From positions 2,240,001-2,304,000 of the forward strand of contig CAXXKJ010000002.1 of NCBI GenBank assembly GCA_963675295.2: DNA of 64,000 nucleotides. Direction: 5' to 3'. Position numbers and translations under genes: made by a program. The notes under the pieces were generated by a model that did no database searches, was not told where the DNA came from, and saw only the letters and a program-made list of their open reading frames with translations. Within the stretch, counting starts at the first letter, position 1. The number at the start of each line of letters is the position of its first letter. Positions 40,290 through 50,686 of this stretch are shown piece by piece. The DNA comes from a bacterium (lineage in GTDB: Bacteria > Electryoneota > Electryoneia > Electryoneales > Electryoneaceae).

Positions 40290-41647
40290 TCTTCCTCCCC
40301 TCGAATGGCCGCCGTCGCACGGTCGGCCAGAGTTTGCGCTTCCTGCTTCGATTTCGCTTCCGCAAAGATGCGAACGATAGGTTCGGTGTTCGACGGGCGA
40401 ACGTGAACCCATCCAGCTTCAAGATCAATACGGACGCCGTCGCGGGTGTCGATGTCGCGGGCGTCGTGGAATTCGGCGCGCAGCGGATCCTGCAGAGAGT
40501 CCGGTGTCAGGTCGCCAATCGGTGCCTTGCGTTTCAGCAAGGTGTACTGCGGCAGGCGGCTGACTAGCACGCTCAACGGTTGGCCGTGGGTGGCGAGCAT
40601 GCTGAGCACGAGGCCGATACCGACCATGGCGTCCCGGTTGGCGTGGATTTCCGGCAGCATCACGCCGCCGTTGCCCTCACCGCCGATGATGGCGTTGACA
40701 CGGTCCATCTCCGCCGCGACATGGGCCTCGCCGACGGGAGTGCGAAAGACATTCGCTCCTGCGGAACGGGCAACATCCGCACTCGCTCGGCTGGTGGAGA
40801 GGTTCAGAACCACCGGGCCGGCCTCGATGGACAACACGTGCTTGATCGCCAGCGCCAACGTCAGTTCTTCGCCAATCGGCTGGCCGTGTTCGTTGACGAT
40901 GGCCAGTCTGTCGCCGTCCGGGTCGAGGGCGAAACCGATGTCCATGCCCTCGCTGGTGACCAGATCGCAGAGATCGCCGAGGTGGTCCGGTGTCGGTTCG
41001 GCTTCACGTCCGAAATCGCCGGAGAGGTCGCCGTGGACCTTGCGCACGTCACAGCCGAGATCGTGCAACAGGTTGGGCACGATCAGGTTGCCGACGGAGT
41101 TGACACAGTCGATGGCGACGCGGAACTGGGAGCGCCGGATCGCGGAGACGTCGATGAATTCGCTGTCGAGCACGGCCTTGATGTGAAAGTCGACGCCGCC
41201 ATCATCCTGGGCGACAACCTTGCCGAGATGGTGGACGTCAACGTATTCGAAATCATTCTCGTTAAAGCGGCGGTTGACTTCCGCGCCTTCTTCAGGTCCG
41301 AGGAATCTCCCTTTGCTGTCGAGGAACTTCATCGCGTTCCACGACACCGGGTTGTGGCTCGCGGTGACGCAGACTCCGCCGGCGGCTTCATGTTCGACCA
41401 CCATCAGCTCGATGGTCGGAGTGGTTGCCAGCCCGAGGTCGATGACCTCGCAGCCGGTCGAGACCAACCCGGAAAACAGGGCCTGGCGGACCATGGATCG
41501 GGAGGGCCGAGTGTCGCCACCGACGACGACTCGTCCACCCTTGAGGAATGTTCCGAATGCCGCGCCATAGCGTGCGACGACGTCCGGGGACAGTCCATCC
41601 CCGATGACGCCTCGGATGCCGGCAATACCCGTCATCAACTTCGGCAT
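40286..41647 (-). CDS. glmM: Phosphoglucosamine mutase / phosphohexomutase
   Basis: TASHNP, DPDGDR, GGEGNGG, RPSNTEP; substrate specificity (GlmM or PMM) uncertain. Confidence 0.85.
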   Translation of the reverse strand: MPKLMTGIAGIRGVIGDGLSPDVVARYGAAFGTFLKGGRVVVGGDTRPSRSMVRQALFSGLVSTGCEVIDLGLATTPTIELMVVEHEAAGGVCVTASHNPVSWNAMKFLDSKGRFLGPEEGAEVNRRFNENDFEYVDVHHLGKVVAQDDGGVDFHIKAVLDSEFIDVSAIRRSQFRVAIDCVNSVGNLIVPNLLHDLGCDVRKVHGDLSGDFGREAEPTPDHLGDLCDLVTSEGMDIGFALDPDGDRLAIVNEHGQPIGEELTLALAIKHVLSIEAGPVVLNLSTSRASADVARSAGANVFRTPVGEAHVAAEMDRVNAIIGGEGNGGVMLPEIHANRDAMVGIGLVLSMLATHGQPLSVLVSRLPQYTLLKRKAPIGDLTPDSLQDPLRAEFHDARDIDTRDGVRIDLEAGWVHVRPSNTEPIVRIFAEAKSKQEAQTLADRATAAIRGEEE

Positions 41648-41743
41648 GCAGCCTCTCAGTTCATGTCAGCGAATGCGGAAATATACACGCCATCCGTGTA
41701 GGGATAAAGGCATGAGGGCCGAATCTTTGGAGAGCGCTAACTG

Positions 41744-42241
41744 TCAGGATTTCACCGCATAGTGCAGCATTGACCGCACGACGAGATGGTGAAACGGCTT
41801 GATCAGGGCGAAATAGAAACGTCCGGAGCGGTTGTGGAACGTGACAAATGTCGTCAGTCCAAAGCGGTCGAAGCCGCCGTGCATATCGTCCCGGGTGACG
41901 ACCAGCCATGCGTCCAGGTGCTTGTCGCTGATCGTGCCTGCCCAGTAACGATCGGGTTCTCCGGCGTCCACGGTGAAGAAAGAATGCGGTGCGCCCGGTT
42001 CAAACGAGATGTCAGCTGCGGTGTATTTGTTTAGCTTTGGCAGGCCAGCCGTGTTCAACCGCAGGATTTTCGCGAGCACCGTGCGGATAGCGAACAATAT
42101 CATCAGCCACCAGGGCTGGTAGGACATCAGCCGGGCGACAACGTCCGCGAGGTCCCGTTCACCGAAGGCGAAATGGACATCGTTGTGATCGCTGTTGACG
42201 CGCAGGTCGATGATGTAGGAGGTGTCGGTAAGGACAGACAT
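41744..42241 (-). CDS. DUF2867-like hypothetical protein
   Basis: DKHLD..TTFVTFHNRSGRFYFALIKPFHHLVV pattern. Confidence 0.75.
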   Translation of the reverse strand: MSVLTDTSYIIDLRVNSDHNDVHFAFGERDLADVVARLMSYQPWWLMILFAIRTVLAKILRLNTAGLPKLNKYTAADISFEPGAPHSFFTVDAGEPDRYWAGTISDKHLDAWLVVTRDDMHGGFDRFGLTTFVTFHNRSGRFYFALIKPFHHLVVRSMLHYAVKS

Positions 42242-42258
42242 GGTCAGCTCCGGCAGCG

Positions 42259-42633
42259 CTATTCGTCCGGCGAAAACGCGTTGATGTAGTGAGTTACGGC
42301 GGGTTTGGGCTGCATTACGACGATGCAGACGTCGAAACGGACCGTGGGGAGGGGTTCGGGCAACTCGGCGAGCAGATGGTTGGCAACGCGAGTCACCTGC
42401 CGGCGTTTGCTCAGCGGCACCTTTTCGCTACCCCAGACCGCGCCCTCGGTTTGCATCGAACGGACTTCGACGACCACCAGCTCGTCGCCGTCCCACATCA
42501 ACAGGTCGATCTCACCGGCCTTGTTCCGCAGGTTGCGGGAAACCGGCTTGAACCCTTGCTTCTTCAGGTATTTCTCGGCGGCGCGCTCGCCTTTTGCGCC
42601 GAGTTTTTTGCGGTAATCGGTGGACTCAGGCAT
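42259..42633 (-). CDS. yraN: YraN family endonuclease-fold protein
   Basis: LGAKGERAA..GEIDL..VVVEVR..RFDV; adjacent to rnhB. Confidence 0.9.
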   Translation of the reverse strand: MPESTDYRKKLGAKGERAAEKYLKKQGFKPVSRNLRNKAGEIDLLMWDGDELVVVEVRSMQTEGAVWGSEKVPLSKRRQVTRVANHLLAELPEPLPTVRFDVCIVVMQPKPAVTHYINAFSPDE

Positions 42634-43375
42634 CGGTGCTCCGCTCGGGAAGATTGCCGATGCTGATGCGGTCGCCGTTTCGGGCGGCGATGGTGAAGGT
42701 GAGACGATGGATCGGGCAACGGCCCAGTTTCAACACGGCGAGACGGTGGTCGAGGGTCGGGTAACCCTTGTGCTGCGCGAAGCCGTAGCCGGGGTATTTC
42801 AAATCATAGTCAAGCATTAAACGGTCACGGTGAACCTTGGCGAGGATCGAGGCAGCGCCGATGCTGAAACTCAACGAATCGCCCTTGACGATGTTGTGCT
42901 GGCGGCCGGATTCGAGCGGGGGGATGCGCCCGTCGACAAGCAGGACCGGGTTGTCGCAGTTCAGTTGTGCTGCCACGTCGCGAACGGCTGCGCGCATGGC
43001 GAGCCGTGTTGCCTCGAGGATGTTGTGTTCGTCTATCGCCGCGGCGTCACTCTCCTGGATCGACCACGCGAGGGCGTGCTGCTGGATCAGGTCGAACGCG
43101 ACTTCGCGGCGGGATTCGGAGAGTTGCTTGGAATCGTTGATGCCGGGGATGAACGTGTCCGGCTTGAAGGCGACGGCGCCGACGGTGACCGGTCCGGCGA
43201 GCGGACCCCGCCCGGCTTCGTCCACGCCGATGACGACGGTTTCGCCAGTATCCCAGAAGTCCAGTTCTGGTCCGAAGATGGCGCCGTCCCTGTTGGCTTT
43301 GAGTGAGCGGACGACGGCTAGTTGTCCCTGATCGGTGGAGGGTACGTTGGAGAGTGTTGAGCGCGTTTTCGGCAT
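42626..43375 (-). CDS. rnhB: Ribonuclease HII
   Basis: GVDEAGRGPLAGPV, DSKQLS, KGDS..AASILAKV.RD, HKGYPT; start uncertain. Confidence 0.95.
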   Translation of the reverse strand: MPKTRSTLSNVPSTDQGQLAVVRSLKANRDGAIFGPELDFWDTGETVVIGVDEAGRGPLAGPVTVGAVAFKPDTFIPGINDSKQLSESRREVAFDLIQQHALAWSIQESDAAAIDEHNILEATRLAMRAAVRDVAAQLNCDNPVLLVDGRIPPLESGRQHNIVKGDSLSFSIGAASILAKVHRDRLMLDYDLKYPGYGFAQHKGYPTLDHRLAVLKLGRCPIHRLTFTIAARNGDRISIGNLPERSTDA

Positions 43376-43497
43376 GGTGTGGGATTGTTGACGTTGGTAC
43401 GCGGAAGCCTTATGGCTCGCGGTTTGTCCGGTTTTGCCCGCCGTTTGACGGCTATATTTTGTGCAACGCGAACAAGATAAGCAACAGGTCTGGCAAG

Positions 43498-44331
43498 ATG
43501 AGAGAAACACACGATTCCGAGGTCCAGCCAATTCTGGCGCAGATTCGTGCGCAGATTCCGGAACTACCGTCCATTGCGCTGATTACCGGCAGCGGGCTCG
43601 CCGGGTTGGCGGAGAATGTAAGCGGCGCGGTGACGATCCCGACCTCTGAGCTGGATGGCTATCCGAAGAGTACCGTTTCCGGGCACCCGGGACGATTGAT
43701 CTTCGGCCGGATCGACGACACGCCGGTGATGGTGGTGCAGGGACGGGTGCATTACTACGAAGGCTATCCGATGAGCCAGGTGGTGATGCCAACGCGTGTC
43801 GCGGCGGGCCTGGGTTGCAAGGCGATGATCCTGACGACGGCGTCCGGTGGAATCGGCGACCATCTGCAGCCGGGCGACCTGGTGCGGATTACCGATCAGA
43901 TCAATCTGATGGGAACGAATCCGCTGATCGGGCAGAAATGGGGCTACGACCAGTTTCCAGACATGACGCAGCCGTTCAACGCCACGCTCGGCGCGCTGCT
44001 GCACCGTGTCGCCGGCGAGCTGGGGATCGAGCTGAAGGAAGGCGTGTTCGGCGGGTTGACCGGTCCGAGCTACGAAACTCCGGCGGAAATCAAGTATCTC
44101 AAGCTGATCGGAGTGGACTCGGTGTCGATGTCGACGGTACCGGAGACGATTGCGGCCGCACGTCTGAAGCTGCCAGTGCTGGGGATTACGTACATCTCGA
44201 ATTTCGCCGCCGGGAAAACCGGGCAGCCGTTAACCCATGACGAAGTCACCGAGATGGGGGCGCAGGTGGGTGAAAAGTTCAGCCGTCTGCTGCGGAGTCT
44301 GATTCCAGTGATCCATCACGAGTTCGAGTAG
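43498..44331 (+). CDS. punA: Purine-nucleoside phosphorylase
   Basis: GSGL, QGRVHYYEG, GPSYETPAE, MSTVPE, SNFAAG..LTHDEV. Confidence 0.95.
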   Translation: MRETHDSEVQPILAQIRAQIPELPSIALITGSGLAGLAENVSGAVTIPTSELDGYPKSTVSGHPGRLIFGRIDDTPVMVVQGRVHYYEGYPMSQVVMPTRVAAGLGCKAMILTTASGGIGDHLQPGDLVRITDQINLMGTNPLIGQKWGYDQFPDMTQPFNATLGALLHRVAGELGIELKEGVFGGLTGPSYETPAEIKYLKLIGVDSVSMSTVPETIAAARLKLPVLGITYISNFAAGKTGQPLTHDEVTEMGAQVGEKFSRLLRSLIPVIHHEFE

Positions 44332-44464
44332 ATACCGAATACTGATACTATTCTGGTATTCGCATACGTGCATCCTCGCTTCAGGTAACGAGTGAGGCGA
44401 ATCTCGGAAGCGGAGAGTATCAGAGGAGAAGGGTCGGTGGTAAATCGGAATTGACGTTGAAAAA

Positions 44465-44581
44465 AGGTATGAGGTGTGAGGTTTGAGGTGTGAGTCACCC
44501 GGGGACACTTTCGGAGAAAGTGTCCCCGGCTGCATTTTCCGCTGAGGACGGTCGGCGACCACTGACCACTGACCACTGACC
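44465..44581. repeat. Heptamer repeats (AGGTGTG; GACCACT) flanking a family-B palindrome
   Basis: CCGGGGACACTTT-CGGAG-AAAGTGTCCCCGG at 44499-44529; (GACCACT)x3 at about 44557. Confidence 0.85.
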
Positions 44582-44678
44582 AACTAAACTTGGCTGCGGA
44601 CTGGGGTACGTGTCCCTCCGCCAGCAGGGATGGTCCGGAGGTGCCGAATAAGGGGTGTGGGGCGCTGGGTGGTTTGCT

Positions 44679-44785
44679 GCGTCCCTACAGGACGCGCCTG
44701 GAAGAGGGTAAAGAAAAGGCGTCAGGGGGGCGCCTGTTCGTGTGGCTGAAGCCACACGCTAACCTTGCTCCACCGCTACGCGGTG
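44679..44785 (-). repeat. REP-like composite element, family A, copy 3 (inverted)
   Basis: GCGTCCCTACAGGACGC...GTTCGTGTGGCTGAAGCCACACGCTA...CCGCTACGCGG. Confidence 0.85.
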
Positions 44786-44791
44786 TGACTA

Positions 44792-44833
44792 ACTGAGGAC
44801 TGAGGACTGAGGACTGAGGACTGAGGACTGAGG
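44792..44833. repeat. Perfect heptamer tandem repeat (ACTGAGG)x6
   Basis: Read directly. Confidence 0.95.
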
Positions 44834-44862
44834 ACTGACTAAAGACCACTGCCAACCTTGCC

Positions 44863-45873
44863 TCAACTTCCAGTGATGGAAGCCCGTAGTTGTTGCACCA
44901 CGTTTGCCATATCGTCGGGTAAATCGGTCTCATAACGCACGTTTTCGCCGGTATCGGGGTGTGTGAACCCGAGCAAGCGGGCGTGCAGAGCCTGGCGTGG
45001 GAGTTGATCCAGCAGTTTGCGTCCGAGGTCGCGTTGGTAGGATGTCAGGCGCGCGAGACCGTGCATGCGGCCGCCGTACGTGGAATCGCCGAACACCGGG
45101 TGCCCACGGTGGGCGAGGTGGACGCGGATCTGGTGGGTGCGTCCGGTTTCGAGGCGTAACGCGACCAGTGTGATAAAGCCGAAGCGTTCGAGGACTTTCC
45201 AGTGGGTGACGGCGCGCCGTCCGCCGGACTCGAGCACGGCGAATTTCTTGCGGTTGCCGAGGTGACGTCCGAGCGACGCGTCTATGGTGCCGCGATCCTC
45301 ACGGATATCCCCCCATGCCAGCGCGACGTATTCCCGCTCGATGTCGTGATCGTGGAACTTGCGTCCCAGAACGGTCATCGCGTGGTCGTTGCGTGCGATC
45401 ACCATCACCCCGGAGGTGTCCTTGTCGAGGCGGTGGACGATGCCGGGCCGGTGGGTCGGTCCGCCGGGATTGGGCAGGTCGGCGTAACGGCCGAGCAGAG
45501 CGTTGACCAGGGTGCCGTCGCTGTGTCCGGCGGCGGGATGGACGACCATGCCTGCCGGTTTGTTGATCACGAGGATGTGGTTGTCCTCGTGCAGCACGTC
45601 CAGCGGGATGTCCTCCGGGCCTGCTGGCGGGCGTGGCGGATGAGGGAAAGTGACCTCAATGGTTGCGCCGCCGGGGACGATGGTGGACGCCTTCGCCGGG
45701 GACCCGTTGAGCAGCACGGCCTTTTCGGAAATCAGCTTCTGGACACGGTTTCGCGTGATTTTCGGCAGGCGGTTGGTGACGAGCACGTCCAGCCGTTCAG
45801 CGGCGGAATAGCCGTCCTCGACCTTCAGGGTGACGCGGTTGACGCCGTCTTCGGGGATCTCCGGTTTCTTCAT
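44863..45873 (-). CDS. rluD: RluA family pseudouridine synthase (RluD-like, with S4 domain)
   Basis: NKPAGMVVHP, RPGIVHRLDKDTSG, LETGRTHQIRVH, RQALHA. Confidence 0.93.
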   Translation of the reverse strand: MKKPEIPEDGVNRVTLKVEDGYSAAERLDVLVTNRLPKITRNRVQKLISEKAVLLNGSPAKASTIVPGGATIEVTFPHPPRPPAGPEDIPLDVLHEDNHILVINKPAGMVVHPAAGHSDGTLVNALLGRYADLPNPGGPTHRPGIVHRLDKDTSGVMVIARNDHAMTVLGRKFHDHDIEREYVALAWGDIREDRGTIDASLGRHLGNRKKFAVLESGGRRAVTHWKVLERFGFITLVALRLETGRTHQIRVHLAHRGHPVFGDSTYGGRMHGLARLTSYQRDLGRKLLDQLPRQALHARLLGFTHPDTGENVRYETDLPDDMANVVQQLRASITGS

Positions 45874-46001
45874 GCCGCAAGGTGCGCACGACAGGCGGGG
45901 TGGGGCAAGCGCCGATACGGGTTCTCCGTCGAGGGGTACGCTTGCGGAACCCGGATGTGTGCTGCATTTTACGCGCTCCCCCCGTGACCGACGGACATGC
46001 G

Positions 46002-47222
46002 ATGAAACGACTGCTGCGAATCTTTGCCCTCCGTGATGATCTCTCCCGCGCGCTGATTGCGACGATGTTTTTCGGCGCGGCGGGCGGCATCGTTATGTCC
46101 ATTCTTAACAACTACTTGTCCGACGTGCATCAGTTGGACGCATCCTCCCGTGGTTGGCTCGAGTTCCCGCGTGAACTGCCTGGTTTTCTGATCATGTTCA
46201 TCGCCGGGGCGATGCTGACGGTGATGCGTGAAACGCGGATGGCGTCGATTGCGATGATTTTCACTGCGCTCGGCGGGTTGGGGCTGGCGTGGTGGTCGCC
46301 GGATGTGACGTGGCTGGTGGTGTGGATCATGGTCTGGTCGCTGGGGGATCATGTCATCTTCGCAGTCGAGGGGCCGATCGGGCTGAAGTTGGCGAAAAAA
46401 GGTGGGGAAGGGCGCCGGCTCGGGCATTTCGGCGGGTTCCGTAACCTCGGTCAAATTACCGGCGTCGGACTGATCTACCTACTCAGCAAGTGGATCGGGC
46501 CGCGGTACGATGTGTTCTTCAGCCTGATGGCGGTGGCTGCGTTGCTGGCGGGGGTGTTGTATGCGACGCTGAAGGTGGGGAACACGGACCAGAAGTCAAG
46601 ACGAATGGTGTTTCGCAAGCGGTACACCATTTTCTATGTGATCAGCGCGTTGTTCGGGATTCGGAAGCAGATATTCTTCGCGTTCGGGACATGGGTGCTG
46701 GTGTCGTTGCACGAGGTGCCGGTTTCGACGATTGCACTGCTGTATTTCATCGCGGCGACGCTGGGCGTGATCTTCCGGCCGTTGCTCGGGGATATTATCG
46801 ACTGGCTCGGGGAACGGGTGGTGCTGGCGGCGGACGAGGTGCTGCTGCTGATCATCTGCATGGCGTACGCGTTCGCTGGGGACCTGTTCGCGCCGAATGT
46901 GGCGTTGTACGTGCTGTACGGGGCATACGTGTTCGACAGTCTGCTGTTTGCACTGCGGATCGCGCGGACGACGTATCTGAAGAAGATTGCGGAGGATCCG
47001 TCCCACATTACCCCGACGATTTCGATGGGGATAACCATTGACCACGTGGTCGCGATGAGCCTGCCGGTGCTGTCCGGGTACATCTGGGAAGCGTACGGGT
47101 TCCGTTGGGTGTTTGTACTGGCTGGAACGATTGCGTTGGCGGGGTTCTTCGTGTGTCTGAAGATCCGTGTTCCGAAGGATGATGAGACGATGATTCCGGG
47201 GGCGACGAGTTCGGTTCGGTGA
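46002..47222 (+). CDS. MFS transporter
   Basis: About 12 hydrophobic helices, LEFPRELPG, GDIIDWLGER. Confidence 0.85.
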   Translation: MKRLLRIFALRDDLSRALIATMFFGAAGGIVMSILNNYLSDVHQLDASSRGWLEFPRELPGFLIMFIAGAMLTVMRETRMASIAMIFTALGGLGLAWWSPDVTWLVVWIMVWSLGDHVIFAVEGPIGLKLAKKGGEGRRLGHFGGFRNLGQITGVGLIYLLSKWIGPRYDVFFSLMAVAALLAGVLYATLKVGNTDQKSRRMVFRKRYTIFYVISALFGIRKQIFFAFGTWVLVSLHEVPVSTIALLYFIAATLGVIFRPLLGDIIDWLGERVVLAADEVLLLIICMAYAFAGDLFAPNVALYVLYGAYVFDSLLFALRIARTTYLKKIAEDPSHITPTISMGITIDHVVAMSLPVLSGYIWEAYGFRWVFVLAGTIALAGFFVCLKIRVPKDDETMIPGATSSVR

Positions 47223-47270
47223 AAGGAAGGGGCTACGGACCGCGGACTGCGGTCGGCGGGGTGCGGATTA

Positions 47271-47292
47271 GCCCAGACATAAATGTCTGGGG
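47271..47292. repeat. REP-like palindrome GCCCAGACAT-NN-ATGTCTGGG (family C); second copy at 62917-62938
   Basis: Two near-identical copies about 15.6 kb apart, both between convergent or tandem genes. Confidence 0.75.
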
Positions 47293-47406
47293 AACGTGCC
47301 CGCCGTCAGACGGTTGCTCGACTCGTTAAACGAGGAATAGTTCACTCGATTTGTAAGAACGAGGCGGGAAGTCCTCTCGTAGACTCGAGAACCAGAAGAA
47401 GCGCAC

Positions 47407-47442
47407 TAAAAAACGCCGTCCCCGGGAAGGGAACGGCGTTTG
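47407..47442 (-). terminator. Intrinsic terminator of the pgs operon, possibly bidirectional
   Basis: AAAAAACGCCGT..ACGGCGTTT stem with an A-run (U-tract on the minus strand). Confidence 0.7.
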
Positions 47443-47475
47443 ATGTTTGCTTCAGGTCAATCTCTCAGTCCGGCT

Positions 47476-48621
47476 TCACCACAGGCGATAGCTAAGGTTG
47501 AGAGAAGCGCGGAAGGCGTTAAAGTCCTTGCGTTCCTTGAGCCAGTCGACAGGAGAATCGGTGCGGCGGAATTCGTACTCGACGCTGGGCCCACCGTACA
47601 GGTTGCCGATGATCTTCGTTTTGGTTTCCAGTCCGAAACGCCAGTGGTTGTGTTCGCGGCCGGCGTGCACGGGGTCGTTGTCCACGCTGAGCTCGCTGTC
47701 GTAGAAACGGTGACGCAGGCGGGCGGACAGCGACAGATCAATGCGGTTGGGCAGCAGGTCGTACACGTTGAAATCGGCGACCAGTTCGAACCATTCCTCG
47801 CCGTAGGACCCATCACCATACTCGGAATCGGTCTGTCCCGGGTCGTTGGTGGAACCGGCCAAGTGCTGGTTAAATCCGACGTTATCGGACCAGCGGCGCT
47901 TGACGATACCGGTAAGCGTAACCACCTTGTTAACTTTATACCGCAGGTCGAAGCGCAGGCCCCAGCCTTCCGAATCGTATTCGGTGAAATATTTGTTGTA
48001 GTAGATGGTGAAGTACTCGTACCTCGCGCTGAGCCGCATGCCCTTCAGAAAGTCCGGCGAATACTGGATGCCGCCGCCGAGGAGATCGTAGTCGAACTGC
48101 GTGCCGATGATCTCACCGGAATCACGGTCGTAGTAGTCCCGCAGGTAGCGTTCCGGGATGTACAGGTAGCTGAAGAAGATGTCGGTGCGGTTGAGGATAT
48201 CGTGTGTGAAGTACAGGTTGTGGATCGGGCGGTCGTTGTACGAATTGTTCGCGAATGACAGGTAGTTGAACGAGTAGGAAATGCTGCCGTCTCGCCAGCC
48301 CCACAGTTTTGGCAGGCTCAGCCGGGCGTGCAGGCCGAGGCTCTGCACGAAATCATCGTAGGATTCAACGTCGGTCGCCAGCGGCAGTTCGCCGTTGTCG
48401 AAGCGGTCGATGTCTTCTTCCGACAGCTCGAGGATATTGCTGTCATATCCACCCTGATAGTTCAGGGTGAGGCTGGTTTCATCCTGCCAGTCCCAAGATT
48501 TTTCTTTCGCCGAAGCAGTGAAAACGAAAGCGCTGACGACCAGCAGCAGGCTCAGCAGAACCAGCAGGTTAATCCTGGATCGGGGAAGGACGTGCAGGTC
48601 AGCGTTGTTTCGTTTCACCAT
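47476..48621 (-). CDS. Putative outer-membrane beta-barrel protein, last gene of the pgs operon
   Basis: Signal peptide ending ASA; GGYDSNI start strand; Tyr-rich amphipathic strands; C-terminal LNLSYRLW; TAATG overlap with the upstream gene. Confidence 0.75.
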   Translation of the reverse strand: MVKRNNADLHVLPRSRINLLVLLSLLLVVSAFVFTASAKEKSWDWQDETSLTLNYQGGYDSNILELSEEDIDRFDNGELPLATDVESYDDFVQSLGLHARLSLPKLWGWRDGSISYSFNYLSFANNSYNDRPIHNLYFTHDILNRTDIFFSYLYIPERYLRDYYDRDSGEIIGTQFDYDLLGGGIQYSPDFLKGMRLSARYEYFTIYYNKYFTEYDSEGWGLRFDLRYKVNKVVTLTGIVKRRWSDNVGFNQHLAGSTNDPGQTDSEYGDGSYGEEWFELVADFNVYDLLPNRIDLSLSARLRHRFYDSELSVDNDPVHAGREHNHWRFGLETKTKIIGNLYGGPSVEYEFRRTDSPVDWLKERKDFNAFRASLNLSYRLW

Positions 48622-49535
48622 TATTCCGCCTCCATGGCGAGATCGGATTCGGGGATGAAGAAGCGGAGAATGGCTTCGTACTCGTTCTCTGGCAGGTCGA
48701 AGGTGTAGGTGTGCGTGCCTGCCGGGACGTTGATGTAGAGGTCATCACCGCGTGATGGCCGGCGATCCGGATGGTCTGGCAGAATCGCGACATCGGACGC
48801 GGAGGTGTTGATCAGCACGGTGCGCTTGAGCACGTTGTCTTCGTAAATCGCCAGCGGGAACTTGATCTCGCGGCGCATATGGTCTTCCATCATCACACGG
48901 GTGAGGACCTTGATCACGGTTGGGCCGTTAACCGCGACTTCGAGGTTGCCCTTGGGGTCAACGCCGTAGTAAGTGAGCAGGTTTTCGCGGACGCTGACAT
49001 TCACCGGGTTGTTGTAGCGGCTCGGGGTGTAAACGACGAAGTTTTCCTGCTTGATGGTCTCGAAGCGGTCGCGCTGGACGCGGAAGAAGACCGGCATCGG
49101 CGCATCCTTGTCGAGCTTGATGTAGATGCGCTTGGCGGCTTTCGGGGTCTTTTTCTCGATGATGCGTTCGTCACCAGCGATACCGGGCTTACCGTCCAGT
49201 TCGACGTTATCGTCGGCGGTTGCGGCGCGTGCGAAGAGGTGCATGTTGCCTTCGTCGTAGCCGAGACGGAAGGTATAGACGACTTCGTTCTCATCTGCAT
49301 CGCGCATGTCGGCACGGGTAATGACCCGGATGTGATCGTGCTCGGCGATGTCGTAATACATCATCTTACCGGGCTTGAGCCGGTGGTAGACACGATCGTG
49401 GCCGGCGATGGTAAAACTGACGGGGTTCTCGTCTCCATCCGGCGCCAGGGTCACCCATTCAAACGCCTGGGCGGGGATAATCGCCGTGAAAAACAGAAAC
49501 AGCGCAAAAGCTACCAGTACAACGTTCTTCTTCAT
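48621..49535 (-). CDS. Hypothetical secreted/periplasmic protein, two similar beta-rich halves
   Basis: MKK..AQA signal peptide; GAGG SD; lies between pgsW and the beta-barrel gene. Confidence 0.8.
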   Translation of the reverse strand: MKKNVVLVAFALFLFFTAIIPAQAFEWVTLAPDGDENPVSFTIAGHDRVYHRLKPGKMMYYDIAEHDHIRVITRADMRDADENEVVYTFRLGYDEGNMHLFARAATADDNVELDGKPGIAGDERIIEKKTPKAAKRIYIKLDKDAPMPVFFRVQRDRFETIKQENFVVYTPSRYNNPVNVSVRENLLTYYGVDPKGNLEVAVNGPTVIKVLTRVMMEDHMRREIKFPLAIYEDNVLKRTVLINTSASDVAILPDHPDRRPSRGDDLYINVPAGTHTYTFDLPENEYEAILRFFIPESDLAMEAE

Positions 49536-49552
49536 GGCTTCCTCGTGTACAA

Positions 49553-50686
49553 CTACAGCAGTGTATCCGGGTCTGCGCCCGGCCGGTCGAGCCGTTGGGT
49601 TCGACGGTCGAACAGTAGCACGATGATAAGGGTCGCGAGCACGATGAACAAGGCGGCGACGGTAATTGTCATGTTATAGCGGACTTCGCTGAAGAGCCGT
49701 CCAACACCGGGTTCCGGCAGCGGATTTGGTGACAGCGGCAGCCAGTAGGTGTCAGCAATTTGAGCGATGTTGACCACGTTGAGCACTGGAATACTGCGCA
49801 CATTCATTGCATGGATGACGCCACGACGTGGATAATTCAGCGCCGGGAGCCGGTCGATCAGACCTTCGCCGATGAGTTCGCTGTTGCGCGAGTATCCGAG
49901 GCTGACGACTCCACCGCCAATGTTGACATAGAGCCGGATCGACCGGTCTCCAGCGGCGTCATCGTACCACGCCATTCGCATGGCGACAGCTTCCTCGAGG
50001 TTTTCGTTGAACAGCAGGGGCAGCTTGTTGCGGTCGATGGCGTCATGCAGCAGTTCCCGTCCGCGTGGCGACAGCTGGCGGCCGATATCGTCCCCACCAC
50101 CGATGCTGGCGGCGATCGAACGCTGTTTCAGCATCCCGGCGTGGTGCAGGATGCTCTCCATATCGAGCCATGTGAAGTTCGGATCGTTGGCACCCCACGA
50201 CGATGCGCCGGTCGAGGTGATAACGATCGGTTCGAGGCCCATCGCCTGTGCGGCGGCATACATGGCGAGGTTCATGCCGGGCAGGGAGCCTGTCAGTCCG
50301 ACGGCGACAACATCACCGGAACGCAGGCCTGCCGAATGGAAGTAGTCGACCATGACGGCGGCCATGTTCGGATTCAGCGCGGTCCACTTGGCCTCGAGGT
50401 CACCGGTTTCGGTGGTGACCGGAGAGAATTGCTGTCCGATCAGGGTGGAGGCGTTTGGATCGTTGATATCGTCGAGGAACTCGATCTGCGGGAATTTTCG
50501 TGCGCGCAGGGTGTCCATGGCGGCGTCCATCCACTCGGCCGCGGCGAGTTTTTCCTCGTAGACGGGGGAGAGGCGGACCACGCGTGAGTGGTTGGCCCAG
50601 AGGTACATGACGAGCGAAACGATGGTGAGGACGGCGAGCGTCCAGCTTGACCGCATGGATGGGCGGAATCGGCGTGCCTTAGGCAA
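49553..50686 (-). CDS. pgsW: Poly-gamma-glutamate system protein PgsW
   Basis: N- and C-terminal TM; DPNASTLIG..TTE.GDLEAK, GSLPG, SSWGANDP.FTWLDME, YVNIGG; follows pgsBC. Confidence 0.85.
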   Translation of the reverse strand: MPKARRFRPSMRSSWTLAVLTIVSLVMYLWANHSRVVRLSPVYEEKLAAAEWMDAAMDTLRARKFPQIEFLDDINDPNASTLIGQQFSPVTTETGDLEAKWTALNPNMAAVMVDYFHSAGLRSGDVVAVGLTGSLPGMNLAMYAAAQAMGLEPIVITSTGASSWGANDPNFTWLDMESILHHAGMLKQRSIAASIGGGDDIGRQLSPRGRELLHDAIDRNKLPLLFNENLEEAVAMRMAWYDDAAGDRSIRLYVNIGGGVVSLGYSRNSELIGEGLIDRLPALNYPRRGVIHAMNVRSIPVLNVVNIAQIADTYWLPLSPNPLPEPGVGRLFSEVRYNMTITVAALFIVLATLIIVLLFDRRTQRLDRPGADPDTLL

